From positions 113,478,526 through 113,542,525 of the forward strand of contig NC_083403.1 of assembly GCF_020745735.1 (NCBI RefSeq): 64,000 bases of DNA, given 5' to 3'. Positions 1-13,309 of this stretch are shown in pieces. Positions within the stretch are counted from its first letter, which is position 1, and every line of letters begins with the position of its first letter. This DNA comes from Hemiscyllium ocellatum (lineage: Eukaryota). The notes beneath the pieces were generated by a model that was given only the letters and a program-made list of their open reading frames with translations, was not told the DNA's origin and made no database searches. The position numbers were made by a program, and so were the translations under genes.

Positions 1-486
1 ATTTCAAAATATTAGTTACATTCAATGCTGGTATGAACAAGAATGGGGCAAGTTGCAATGTTTCAAGGAGTCACGCAGAACAATCCAAGGCTTTGAAACT
101 ATCAATTTTAGCTGAAAGGAAACAATCAGAGGAGAAAGTTGTTATCTTTGGGATGCCAATCAGTTAGGTCCTCAGAAGCCATGAGAAGGAGCTCTTTCCT
201 GAAAAAATGTTGCTGCTGAGGCAGGCTCCAAACCTTTCAGACTCAGGAGAATAAGCAGAGCCAGGAGGTATGGCTAAGTATTGAGCCGATGGCTCAGGAA
301 AAGGCCTGGGAATTGTGGGGGCTCAGGAGAAGTCTTGAGAGATGAATAATTCAGAGCAGCTGAGAGCAAGGATAAAGGAAGTCTACAAACGATACTTGTT
401 TTTTAAAGCTGAACAAGATTCAAGCTCAGACGAATATCATGGTACTGACTGGTTTTGTGGAGCTAGTTGTCTGTGTAATACAAAAA

Positions 487-813
487 GGTAAAAACAATGA
501 CTGCAGATGCTGGAAACCAGATTCTGGATCCGTGGTGCTGGAAGAGCACAGCAGTTCAGGCAGCAACAGAGGAGCAGTAAAATCGACATTTCGGGCAAAA
601 GCCCTTCATCAGGAATAAAGGCAGAGAGCCTGAAGGGTGGAGAGATAAGCTAGAGGAGGATGGGGTTGGGGGCACCTTCCTCTAGCTTATCTCTCCACCC
701 TTCAGGCTCTCTGCCTTTATTCCTGATGAAGGGCTTTTGCCCGAAACGTCGATTTTACTGCTCCTCTGTTGTTGCCTGAACTGCTGTGCTCTTCCAGCAC
801 CACAGATCCAGAA
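487..813. mobile_element. Penelope-like terminal fragment, family A, fold-back palindrome with hammerhead motif
   Basis: Inverted arms of about 137 bp (521-657 and 678-814). TSD tgt(g/a)taatacaaaaa at 472-486 and 814-828. CTGATGA...GAAA core in both arms. Confidence 0.85.
719..754 (+). ncRNA. Minimal type I hammerhead ribozyme motif (family A), core intact
   Basis: attc-CTGATGA(723-729)-A-GGGC-tttt-GCCC-GAAA(743-746)-C-GTC(748-750)-gatt. Predicted cleavage after C750. Confidence 0.8.
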
Positions 814-1949
814 TGTATAATACAAAAACTCTGCCTCAGTGCAGTGTTAAGAATCCAGGGTGGCACTGCTCCAATTGGGAGAGAGAACTATCCGAATGCT
901 GTGACAGTCCCTGACAGAGCTGTGTTTGAGACTATTCCAGTGCTGGGTCTTCAACAATATTGGTGAGTATCACACTTAAGTCCAAATATGAACGATTATT
1001 GCGAGCCACCAAAATGGAACCCACAAAGGGAATAAATGCAGGCTTCAGTTCACACTTACAATGTGAGCATCTTGATCTTGCCCGTTCACAATGGTCTGCT
1101 GTATCTATTGAAACCGGGTACCAATCAGGTCTCATCTATCTTTTAGCTCCTTGTACTGCTAAGCATCTACGTCTACAAGGGGAGCTTCCTCTAGCTAAAT
1201 GCCCTCATCCTCAGTCTCGGAACTCTGCTCCCATTCCCTTGGCTCCTCAGCATCTAGAACATTGTCTCATTGCCTGTTTTAACTGCACAGAACAAGGCAT
1301 ACCAGGTTGATGTGGAACACTCCATCCGAACTGGAGGGCTCTCCCAGATTGCTTTGTGGTGGAACTACACCTTCAATAGCCCTATTGTCTACTCCACCAC
1401 AACCCTGGATGCAGTATGTGCATCAAATTGATGACTAACATATTACATCAGAAAGGCAGTACCTGCTGCACTCTGATCTCCTTCCCATCCATACGCACCT
1501 CAAGCATTCCAATTTCCATTGTATTCAGTAGAGCCCTTTGTCATACTGATATGACAGATGATGCAGTGTTGTTCCACCAGTCCCATGGCACGCTTGAAAG
1601 TTTCACACATGATTGGGCACTGTTGACCAGCATTCACTGCTAACTTTTGTATCACTGAGATGACAACATTAGTTTAGCATGAATGGCACAGTGTGGAACA
1701 ACCTGCTTTTGACCAACAGTTGACACACAAGTATGATCACTACATTGTATGTTTGTGAAGATATGTTTTTCAATGAAATGCAGTTGGACCTTCCAAATGC
1801 ATGTTTCATGTATTTGCACCTTTGATATTGTAATATCGAGCAGACATGGAGTCCACACTATTGACTATCAAACTGACACTGACACTGTCCTGTCTGGACA
1901 TAGTTTCAGGTGTTTGTCCTTCATAATCTTGAGGACAGCAAGTGATAGG

Positions 1950-3045
1950 GAAGGCAGCTCACAGTGAATGCCATCAACACCAGGCTCCAACAGGTTGCCA
2001 GGCATCCATGCCTTCCCACTCAGAGCACGCATGGCTCTTTTTAACTGGTCCTACCGTGAGAGCCCATTTCCCCCCTTGCCCTCAACATAGAGACACAGCA
2101 TATTGAACTTTGCCTCCTCCCTGCCTCCTGAATATCAACATTAGGCCTTAATGATGCTGCCACCTGCTCCACTACACTACCCTATGGAGGTCACAGTGTT
2201 AGCCCTGCCATGAATAACCCCACCTCTGCATAAAATGCCTGCCAATGCTGTTCCAAGCACCCTTTCCATACATCTCATGCTTCCTTCTGCCATATTGCTT
2301 GTTCACACCACCACAAAAACCTCTGCTTCCCCCCCCAACAGTTGCTACCTCCACTCCCCCACCCTTTTTGGTGGTGATCTCCTCACTGGCCCTGCAGCTC
2401 CTCTTTATTCCTTCCTTAATGATTGACAGACAGAGAGGCCAAAGAGGTTTAGTTTCTGAAGACACTGAGGCATGCACATAGCTTCCCAGTATGTTCTGAG
2501 GAATATTCACTTAATACTAATTACTGAGATTCTATTCTCCAAACATTTAAGAATTTTATTATGGGAGGACAACCAGGGATCAGTAAAACCTCTGTCCCGT
2601 AGTCTTGTCAACTACAATCTTTCTGATGTAAACACAGCTCAAACTTTGGTTTCTCTTTGGTAGACTGGTTGTCTTCCTGTGAGGTCCATGTTAACTTTCA
2701 AACATCTGTCATCTGTTGGATCATTATGCAAGCTACCTGGTGCAGAGTAACATGGAAGCTTTTTGCAGCCAGTGGCAAGCTGAAGTCATCAGGGATCTGC
2801 TCTGACTTCCATCTCAAGAATTCTTGACATCTAGCCTTTTCAGCTTGTTAGGTAAGGTAGAATGCTAAAATATTGATGAGATAATTTGTGGCACCAATAA
2901 AGTATTTAAGGAAAAACCACAATAATTCTCAATTGGCAGCTCACCATTGCCTGGTATGAATTTGCCTCAACACTCAGCAAATGCATAAAAGTGTATTGTT
3001 CCCAATCTCGAGATATGCCTCACTGTCTTGTGTGATTCTGCCACA
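1950..3045 (-). mobile_element. Highly decayed PIF/Harbinger-like transposon remnant, possibly extending left to about 1000
   Basis: Minus-strand fragments QLATG...PGSLHN (about 2725-2785) and IVVDKTTGQRF (about 2585-2615) resemble the Harbinger DDE motifs PGSxHD and V(I/V)EQTIG..K.RF. Confidence 0.35.
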
Positions 3046-3211
3046 AATCCTGTTATAGCCCACATTACACAGGCTTCTATACAATTCCATCTGGTGTATC
3101 TGCTGTCTATACTTACATCATGGTAATTCTTATGTGTTACTTAAATATAGGTTGTTTACATATTGGTGACTGTATTACTGTATGTTTATTCCCTGTATAG
3201 TAAAGTTTATT

Positions 3212-3344
3212 ATTCCTGATGACAGCCTCCTGCCCTAAACATCGATTCGCCTGCTCCTCAGATACTGCCTGACCTGCTGTGCTTTTCCAGCACCACACTC
3301 TCGACTCTGATCTCCAGCATCTGCAATCCTCACTTTCTCCAAGG
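3212..3344 (+). mobile_element. PLE family A short copy with degenerate hammerhead
   Basis: Runs attcctgatga...cactttctcc. TSD aaagtttatt at 3202-3211 and 3345-3354. Confidence 0.8.
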
Positions 3345-5984
3345 AAAGTTTATTGTTGTTTGCTCAGAACCATGGACTCTTGTGGATTTGTTGTCTTAAT
3401 AAGTACCCAAGATCTTACACTGTGTCTACTTTTCAAAACAAGAATACTGGTTCCTCATTACATTATAACATGAATTTGACAGTATTGTTCATGTTATTAT
3501 AATAGTCTTTATTAAGGCTACTTACTCTGCAATAAACCCTCACTTACTGAAATGTAAAACTTTGGTAAATGTCCTGTAACCCAGTTGCTAATGCACAAGT
3601 TGAACAAATGTCAATCATGTCAGAATCTGAGTGGGTTACAGGAAATAAAGCACCAAATGATGCATGCCTTAGAACTCATAATTTAATTGTGCCTAGTGTA
3701 GAGTTTATGTTGGTTGTGACATAAGTGATTTATTCTTAATTAAACATGAATCACAATGTGTAATTACTGGAGTTTAAACAAATGTTTTTACTTGTTGATA
3801 TCCAGCTGGACACCAACCCAGATGCTGCGAGGGTCACAGTGGGGTATGTGATGATGATGTACAGTTTACAATAAATAATTTTACCATAAAGATTGCATAT
3901 CAGAGACATTAAAGCAGCATGGTCCTAATTGTTTCTGTAATCAAAAGTGCCAGTAGCTTAGTAGAGCATGAGATAAGAGATATCAGAAGGAAATGCTGTC
4001 AAAAAAGTGGTTCATTTAACCAAGCCCATTATTTTGTTTTCTATTTTTCTTCCATCCAGGATGATTGGCATTTAACTATCAGTGGATTAGTACAGGTTGC
4101 TAGCTGTGCTACCCTGCTGCACTTCCACTGATGACTGGCAGCACTACCACCAATGAATATCACCAATGGGTAACTATAATTTTCCTGAAGAAATCATGCC
4201 ATGCACAACATGCACTCTGTGATTATAGAGCAAACCCCTGTATAGTTACAACTCAAAGTACACCTAGTTACTGAGTCCCCACACAAATAGAAAGAAAGAG
4301 TTAGAAAATGCAGAGCTGTGAATTGCCATCAAACTGATAACTTCAACTTAATGCAATTTTTTGGCCAAGTTCCCTTTAGTTGTAAGAACAAGAGCAACAA
4401 TAACAATCAGCTTTGTGAAAAACATATTATTGGAAGGTGCAAAGGAGGAGCTCTGATAACAAAACCAAGAAGAAGAATTACAGCATCAGGGAAGAAGGAA
4501 AAGTTTAAAGACTTAGATAGGACTTTGGAAAAAAGAAAATGGTATTTAGGATGGTAGGATAGATTATGAACAACCATATGATAATAAACTATACGGAGTA
4601 TTGTATATTCTTTACATTTGGGTAAAGAAGTAATGACTGACATGGAATCATACATCAACCATCTAAAAATTCTGAATTGCTTATCAAAACAGCGTTGGTC
4701 TTTGTTTTTCTGGAGATGCACAATAAGTTGAAAGTTTGAAAGTAAAAGCAGCTTCATGATCTTATTGAGACTGTTCACCATAATCAACTAAAATCTTGAA
4801 ACTGTATTTCTTTTATTGCTTGGTAACTGACCTGATTTCCATTTCTACTAAATTTATGCACTTGATATCTCTAAGTGGATAATCTGGGTAAGGAACAAAT
4901 ATCATAGGGAATTTTGACCGTATAGCCATTGATTCTTTAACCAGTGATTTGTGCGAACTCACTTCTCATGAGCAACACTATGTATCATACAGAATCAAAA
5001 GGAGTAACTACATGAAAAAAAACATTCAAAACATGTAGACAGCTTTACAAATCATTACAGTGACCCTTGTGGCTATAATTAGTATTATAAGCAGCAGTTA
5101 TTTTGTCCTTTAGTCTATTTTTAGAATAGATTTTATAATACATTTTTTCATTCCTTTTGGCCCTTCTCTCTTCTTATTCACACTGGGCATCACTGTGAAT
5201 GTTAACACAGATAATTCCATGCATTTACACATGAAGACAATCACATTGAAGAATTCCATTTGGAAAGAAATTATGTCAAGATCATTAGCAAACAAAGCTA
5301 CAGTATCAGGGCTGTGATAATAATTAAGGAATCATATTTATTTGATATTTTCTTTTGATCAGGGAATGAACTGGAATATACGGTATTAACCGCCAGTGGG
5401 CAGATCTTTCAATTGTCTCTCATGAGGAAAAAAGTGTCAAATACAGTATAAGGAGGGCAAATATATTAAATCCTTTAATGGATGATCTGACAGAAAACAT
5501 ATATAGAGAAAGCCAGTCCAAACAACGTACAACTTGAGATAAGAAGAGTTCTATAGATTAAGTGCAAGCAATGTAGGGAGGTAATATTGAAATCAAAACA
5601 TTTTAAAATCAAATCATAACAGTCAAGAGAATGAGGATTCATTGTGCACATATTCTTCACGGCATAACCATGCTTTCATGCTGGCACTAAAGAGATGTCA
5701 ATGTCATGGTTTATAAAATATCTAAAAGACCTTACTTTACTTCATTTCCTGACTTGCCTATCCAATGCAAAGTTTAGAGGGGAGAAAAATTAGTCGTCAA
5801 TCTGTTGAATTACTGCAAAATTGCATGGATCAGTGAAGTGCCAGAAGTGCTATGAAGAATTGTTCTCAATAGTGTTTTCTGATAAAAATCAGAGACCAAT
5901 GAAGCAACTCATTTGTAAGCTTGTCAGCTCATAATGCAACACTAAAGGCCTAATTTTACTTTCAGGAATGAATTAAGTGGTGCT

Positions 5985-6028
5985 GGGGGTGGGGGTGGGG
6001 TGGGGGGTGAAATGTTGGGGGGGCTGGG
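5985..6028 (+). repeat. G-rich tract (GGGGGT)n, potential G-quadruplex
   Basis: Several closely spaced G runs, mostly separated by single T. Confidence 0.6.
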
Positions 6029-6149
6029 AAGTAAAGACGTCCTATTTTGAATTCAGCAGTGTGATGCTGGCATGATTTTAACTCAGTCATATTCTAAAAA
6101 TCAGTGCAAGGCTGCTCATCAAATCGGAATACATAATGGGCAGCCCTAT

Positions 6150-6585
6150 TACTGAAATTTTACACGGCCTCAGTGAGACCACATCCTGAGTACTATGCGC
6201 TGTTTCGATGTCCTCATTCAAACAAGGAGGTTACGGTTAAGGTGGGAGTGCAATGAAGATCTACCAGACTGCAATATTGACGTATGAAGACATAGCTGAT
6301 GCGCTAGAATATATACACCGGAGTTTAGAAGATTGAGCGGGATCTCATAGAAACTGAAAATTGCTAACGGGTCCAAACAAGGTAAAAACAGGAAGGATGA
6401 TCCTGATTATCAGAGAGTCTAGAACCAGTGGTCACAGTCTAAAGGTAAAGGGGAGACCATTTAAGACTGAGCTGAGGATAACCTTCTTTACCTAGAGAGT
6501 AGAGAGCCTGTGGAAGTCTCTGGCACAGAATGCAGTTGAAGCCAAAACATTCAATGTTCAAAGAAAGAATGAGATATATTTCTTC
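6150..6585 (+). mobile_element. CR1-like LINE, decayed ORF2 3' region
   Basis: Degenerate VRPHLEY, RLRGDLIE and SRTRGH-like stretches homologous to 40900-41300. Confidence 0.7.
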
Positions 6586-6588
6586 TGT

Positions 6589-6783
6589 TTCCTTGGGTTG
6601 GTGATGTCATTTCCTGTTCTTTACAGGAGATGACATCACAACCCAAGGAAGCTTTAACACATAAATAGAAAGTGGGACATAACACCAGCGCTTCACCGGA
6701 GGCTTACTGATGATGTTGCCTAGAATGGTGATGAAACGTCTAAAAACGAACCTTCCAACTCAGCAAGCAAACTCACATTCAGA
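6589..6783 (+). mobile_element. PLE family C terminal fragment with 5' hairpin and hammerhead motif
   Basis: Inverted repeat at 6589-6617 and 6623-6650. tta-CTGATGA(6707-6713)-T-GTTGCC-tagaat-GGTGAT-GAAA(6733-6736)-C-GTC-taa. Confidence 0.7.
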
Positions 6784-9465
6784 CAATGGATGACTGTTGC
6801 TCCTTCTGTTTCATGTTTTACAGTCCCTTCTCTGTATAATGCTCCAAAGAGATACATCAGACTTGAAGCATCAAATGTGTTTTTCTCTCCATTGATGTTG
6901 CCATAAAATACTGAGTATCTTCAACATTTTTTTTGTTCTTTCTTTAGACCATTAATTTGTTATTTAAGGGATTTTTGTTGATCCGACAGCAGAAGGGCAC
7001 CTGACATCTATCCCTTCACTGATAAAATGTCTGTGGAGATGGGTAGCTGGTGGGCTCATAATTCACCACTCTACATCTGCTTGCTTACCCTGAAAGGATA
7101 TAAGGTTTCAGCCAGTGTGCTGTGTAAGTTCTCTCTTTAGGCTGCTATCCATATTTATAGTGTTAGATAACTGTGCCTGGGAATGTCAGAAAGAAGGCAA
7201 AAGGGAAATCCTTAATGTGTCTTGCTGCAAGCCTTTCATTGTATCATTCCAGAATATTGACTTGAAATGTGAATATTCTTTTGCTATCAACACTTGTCTG
7301 GCCTGCTTAGCTTTTACGCAATATCTGGATTTAGTTTGGATTAACAGCATCAACAGAATCCCAGGAAAATTATGACACAGAATAAGGCCCTTCAGTTCAT
7401 CACATCTGCACCAAACCCAAAACAAAACCAGCCACCCATTCTAGTCCCACCTTCCAGTACCTGCTCTGTTGTTTAGCAGGTTATATCACAAATGCCTTTC
7501 TTTTGCCTTAGCCAACAAATGCACAGCAAGATCACCAGACAGTTTAACACTTTTACAACTGGATCAGGGTACCACTTGCTGGAAACAGAGAGTTCTGCCA
7601 GAGGGCGATAGAAAGATGTAGCTGTATGGATGGTTACTATCTGGATCCAGAAATGGAGGTGACCCCTATTTGTACTAGTTCAGTAGACATTACCAAACTA
7701 GAGTCACCAAGAAACTGTGGCTAGGAGGATGCATGGACAAGAGTGAGGCTGTTGGAGCTCTACGTTACTTTTTAAAAAATATGTTGACTGAAAGATGATA
7801 GACTGCTGTCTATTGGGTCCAAGGTCCCTAAAGAGCTCACTGCATTTGTTATTTTACCATAATGGTCAAAACAAACAATGTGGCAGGAGGTCATGCAGTG
7901 TAATGGTCTCAGTGACAGATCACAGTTCATTGAGACACTTCAGATATGAGGGTTATACAGTCTTCCAGAGGTAAACCACAAATGGTGTCGGCAGCTTAGC
8001 AACATATAACTCCCTGTACGCATTGCTGTTGTTGAGCCATCACACTATATTTTATGATACTTGTCAGTAGTTACGTGTTCAATCAGGTTCTAAACCACAG
8101 CAAGTCTCATTTACATGGGGCACCATGTTTGTTGATCTGCACAAGTTCCAGCTAAAACACTGCCTCAATTTTAAATCCCTTTATGCCCTCACCCTTCTCT
8201 ATCTATGTAATATCTTCCTGCCATGACAATCTTCCAAAATGACTTTGTTCATCTCATTGTGATCCTTTCAACTTCCAAGTTCCTATGCTCAGGCATCCTC
8301 ATCTTAAATCTCCTAATCACTTACTCCTCAAAACGACCTCTTTAATCAAGCTTTTGGTTACCTTTGTTAATGTCTTCTAATAAGGTTTGGTATAAATTTT
8401 ACTTTCTAACACTCAAGAAAACTGTCTTTCAGATTTCTATTACAGCAAATGTGCTGTATGAATACCAGTTTTAGTTTGGTTGTTTCTTGCTTGTCAGCCT
8501 TGAATCTTTGACAACAAAGTACATCATGGTAATCACGATGAAACATAAGCAGAAAACAAGAATCCCACAAGCAGAAATATGTCAGAAATAGCTGTGACAC
8601 AACTTGAAACTGGCATTTTGAAGTCACAAATCAGGACTATTGGCCATTTATTTCAGTAGTATATTACCATAAAGATGCTTCGAAAGCTGTGAAAACAACA
8701 GGAATGCCATGCAAATACAGATGCAATCAAGACCGAACTAAATATTTCTTTCATTGCACAGTAGAGGTCAATCTTGTCCAGATTCTAAACAGGGTAGTGA
8801 AGGTGGGATCGTACAATGAGTTGCTGAGCTTCCTTCACACCAGGTGAAAATTAACAGGAAACATTTTTGCTTTAGCAATTAGTAACTCACTTTGCAAAGT
8901 AAAACGGAAAAGGAAAATCCCTTCATCAACTTTTGAGGCTATCTTATAGTTTAAACAGCTCTTTTTTAAAAAAAATGATTCAACCGTATTACTTCGTGGG
9001 AGTCATCTCTAAATTCAGAATATGACCCAAAAGAACTTGCACTTTCTATTGTTAGATGGCTACACATGTTTTAGCAAAACGTAGCAGAATGTTTGGGATA
9101 ATAAGGCTGAAATTGAAACTAGACAGACTGGAATAAAAGGACTGTTAAGTCACACCATTTGTGGTTGATAATTACAAATAACTGTGATAGCCCATATAGG
9201 TCAGTCAGGGGAGAACAACAATTTTAAGGAGATTTCCAAGCAATTGCTGAACTGTTTTTGAAGCTATTGTTGTCACACAACTCCAATGCTCTGGTGCCGA
9301 TCACTGTATAATTGACTGTGAAAGAAGTCTTATCTCGGCCTTGCTGCTTCTTTTAATCCCTTCTTGTAGGGTTAATCCTCTGATCAAGAACGTGAGAATA
9401 TATTATTGATTAAAGGCGTTGTATAAATACATGTTATTATTGATTCCAAGATAATATATATCTTC

Positions 9466-10082
9466 GGGCGGTGAGGTGGCTCAGTGATTAGCACTGCTGC
9501 TTCACAGCACCAAGGACCTGGATTCAATTTCAGCCTTGGGCGACTGCACGGTGGCACAGTGATTAGCACTGCTGTCTCACAGCGCCTGAGACCCTGGTTC
9601 AATTCCCGCCTCAGGCGACTGACTGTGTGGAGTTTGTGCATTCTCCCCGCATCTGCGTGGGTTTCCTCCGGGTGCTCCAGTTTCCTCCCACAGTCCAAAA
9701 ATCTGCAGGCCAGGTGAATTGGCGATGCTAAATTGCCTGTAGTGTTAGGTGGGTGCGCTTCAGTGGGTCGGTATGGACTTGTTGGGCTGAAGGGCCTGTT
9801 TCCACACTGTAAGTAATCTAAGACTGTGTGGAGTTTCCATATTCTCCTCATGTCTGTATGGGATTCCTCCGGATGTTCCAGTTTCCTCCCACAGACCAAA
9901 ATGTGCAGATTAGGTGGACTGGCCATGCTAAATTGCCCAGAGTGTTCAGGGATGTGTAAGTTAGATGCATTAGTCAAGGGTAAAAACAGGGTAGGGGAAT
10001 AGGTCTGGGTGTTACTCGTCGGAGGGTCGGTGTGGACTTATTGGGCCAAAGGGCCTGTTTCCACACTGTAAGGATTCTATGG
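9466..10082 (+). mobile_element. Two nested HE1 (tRNA-derived V-SINE) copies: outer 9466-9545 plus 9822-10082, inner about 9546-9821
   Basis: Two A/B-box heads (ggtggc.cagtg.ttagc; ggttcaattcc), two V-domain cores (tgtgtggagttt...ggtttcctcc) and two LINE-like tails. Confidence 0.85.
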
Positions 10083-10149
10083 ATATATTTTCATGGGCTT
10101 CATGAGATCTGAAGCAAACCTTAACAAGCTTCAAAAATTGTACAAACCT

Positions 10150-12700
10150 TTGTACTGCTTCAATACCAGGAGCATCCGGAATAAGGTGGGTGAACTTGCA
10201 GGATATCTGGGATTTCCATGTTGTGGCCATTTCGGAGACATGGGCGGGGCAGGGGCAGGAATGATAGTTGCAGGTTCCAGGATTTAAATGTTTCAATAAG
10301 AACAGGAAGGGTTTGGAGGGATATGGGCTGGGGGCTGGCAGGTGAGACAAGTTTTGGGTTGGGATATCTGGTCGGCATGGACGGGTTGGACCGAAGGGTC
10401 TGTTTCCATGCTGTACATGGTAAAGGAGAATTGGTGTAGCATTGTTAGTCAAAGGCAATATCATGTTTGCAGAAAGGACGTTTGAGAACTTGTCTACTGA
10501 GGTAGTATGGGCTGAGGTCAGAAACAGGAAAGGAGAGGTCATGCTATTGGGAATTTTCTATAGGCCTCCAAATAGTTTCAGCGATGTAGAGGAAAGGATA
10601 GCAAAGATGGTTCTGAATAGGAGAGAGAGTCACAGGGTAGTTGTTATGGGAGACTCTAGCTTTCCAAATATTGACTGGAAATACTATAGTTCAAATACTT
10701 TAGATGGTTCAGTTTTTGTCCAACGTGTGCAGGAGGGTTTCCTGATACAGTATGTAAACAGGCCAACAAGGGGCGAGAACACATTAGATTTGGTAATGGA
10801 TAATGAACCCGACCAGGTCATAGAGTCATAGAGATGCCAACCAGATATCCCAACCCAATCTGGTCCCACCTGCCAGCACCCGGTGTTAGATTTGGAGGTA
10901 GGTGAGCACTTTGGTGATAGTGACCACAATTTGGCTATATTTGCTTTAGCGATGGAAAGGGATAGGTATATATCACAGGGCAAAAGTTATAGTTGGGGAA
11001 AGGCAATTACAATGTGATTAGGCAAGATTTAGGATGCATTGGATGGGGAAGGAAACTGCTGGGGATGGGCAAAACAGAAATGTGGAGCATATTCAAGGAA
11101 CAACTACTGCGGGTCGTTGATAAGTATGTACCTGTCAGCAGGGAGCAAGCTGTTGAGCGTAGGAGTCGTGGTTTACTAAGGAAGTTGAATCTCTTGTCAA
11201 GAGGAAAAAGGAGGCTTACGTTAGGATGAGATGCAAAAGCACAGTTAGGTCACTTGAGAGTTACAAGTTAGCCAGGAAAGACATAAAAAGAGAACTAAGA
11301 AGACCCAGGAGGGGGCATGAGAAGTTATTGGCAGATAGGATCAAGGAAAACCCTTGGGCTTTTTATAGGTACGTCAGGAATAAAAGAATGACTAGTGCAA
11401 GATTAGGGCCAACCAAGGATAGCAGTGGGAAGTTGTGCGTGGAGTCAGATGAGATAGGGGAAGCGCTAAATGAATATTTTTGTCAGTATTCATACAAGAA
11501 AAAGACAATGTTGTTGAGGAGAATACGGAGATGCAGGCTACTAGACACAGATGGGATTGAGGTTAGCAATTCTGGAAAGTTTGAAAATAGGTATGTCCCC
11601 TGGGCCGGATGGAATTTTTCCGAGGATATTCTAGGATTCTCTGGAGAGCCACGGAGGAGATTGCTGAACCTTCGGCTTTGATACTTATGTTGGTCATTGT
11701 CTATAGGAATAGTGCCAGGAGACTAGAGGATAGCAAATATTATTCCCCTGTTCAAGAAGGGGAGCAGAGACAACCCTGGCAATTAAAGACCAGTGGGTCT
11801 TACTTTGGTTATGGAAAAGGTTATAAGAGATAGGGTTTGTAATCATCTAGAAAGTAGTAAGTTGTTTAGAGATAGTCAGCACGGTTTTGTGAAGGCTAGG
11901 TCATGCCTCAGAAACCTAATTGAGTTCTTTGAGAAGGTGACCAAACAGGTGGATGAGGGTAAAGCAGTTGATGTGTTGTATATGGATTTCAGTAAGGCTT
12001 TTGATAAGGTTCCCCATGGTAGGTTATTGCACAAAATACGGAGGCATGGAATTAAAGTTGATGAAGCGGTTTGGATCAGAAATTGGCTAGCTGGAAAAAG
12101 ACAGAGGATGGTGATTGATGGGAACTCATCCTGGAGTTCAGTTATTAGTGGTGTACCACAAGGATCTGTTTTGGGGCTACTGCTGTTTATCATTTTTATA
12201 AATGACCTGGATGAGGGCGTAGAAGGATGGTTTAGTAAATTTGCGGATGATACTAAGGTAAGTAGAGTTGTGGTTAGTGCTGAAGGATGTTGTAGGTTAC
12301 AGAGGGACATAACTAAGCTGCAGAACTGGGCTGAGAGGTGCCAAATGGAGTTTAATGTGGAAAAGTGTGAGGTGATTCACTTTGGAAGGAGTAACAGGAA
12401 TACAAAGTGCTTGGCTAAAGGTCAGATTCTTGTAGTGTCGATGAGCAGAGATCTCGGTGTCCATGTACATATATCCCTGAAAGTTGCCACCAGGTTGATA
12501 GGGTTGTGAAGAAGGCAGAAGGTGCGTGAGCTTTTATTAGTAGAGGGTTTGAGTTTCGGAACCATAAGATCATGCTACAGCTGTATGAAGCTTTTGGAGA
12601 ATTGCATACAGTTCTGGTCACCACTTTATAGGAAAGATGTGGAAGCACTGGAAAGGGTTCAGAGGAGATTTACTAGGATGTTGCTTGGTATGGAAGTAAA
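10150..12700 (+). mobile_element. CR1/HER1-like LINE, long disrupted ORF2 (APE endonuclease and reverse transcriptase), 3' end missing
   Basis: Motifs FNTRSIRNK, FYRPPN, MGD..FPNIDW, PTRGENTLDLV, QHGFV, YMDFSKAFDKVPH, GVPQGSVLG and KFADDTK. Many frameshifts. Confidence 0.95.
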
Positions 12701-13309
12701 GTCATTTTTGGAATTGAAAAATAAAATCACGTTGTGTCTTTGCTCCCTGGATTGTCATTAATTATTTAATTTCCTCCCACAGGAAATCTGGTTTCTAATG
12801 TAGTCCACAGTCATCACAGCTCATCAAAATGAATGGGAGATCTGCAGAGTACAGCAGAGTACTGAACTTATCAAAAGCCAATGTGATTTACAACTGGAAA
12901 AGTTGATAATAGTCTGTGCAATGGGTATGTTCCAGTAAGCTTAGTCTGTGTAGAATAAATAGCTTTCTGAGGCTATCATGTTGCTGCACATTGACATGCC
13001 AGAGTTATCTGTTTGAACAGTGGTAAGATCAACAGGGACTGTCGACAAAAAAAGTGAACAGATGTATTGCAGCAAATGCAGATAAGCGAGGAATCTTTAC
13101 TAGAATTAGAGTGGTGGATATGCTGTATCCAAGGCCAAGTCGATAGAACCAGATGGCATCATGAATTGATTGTGCTGGAAAGTCAATGGCAGCATTCCCA
13201 TATTTCAAGCGGAAAATCGATGGCTAAATATCTGACATGTAAACAGGATGTGATTTTTCAAAATACTTTCATGTGAAGTGGGTCATATTGGCATTGGTAT
13301 CCATCATTA

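Noticed and set aside
230-345. Recurrent ctcaggagaa-like motif
   Set aside because: Only three or four short, irregularly spaced imperfect copies, and no structure could be established.
487-814. Palindromic elements as MITEs, pre-miRNAs or CRISPR repeats
   Set aside because: Arms are asymmetric by a tail of about 34 nt, TSDs are long and variable (10-17 bp), unpaired copies exist, one family links to a GIY-YIG ORF, and there is no repeat-spacer periodicity.
3051-3419. Possible solo LTR (TG...CA)
   Set aside because: No matching TSD or second copy is visible, so support is insufficient.
9384-9977. 197-aa minus-strand ORF, and similar ORFs at 60126, 52896 and 32983
   Set aside because: Chance read-through of HE1 SINE sequence, not a protein-coding gene.
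11793-12509. 238-aa RT ORF as an active LINE
   Set aside because: The surrounding ORF2 has frameshifts and insertions and lacks the 3' end.
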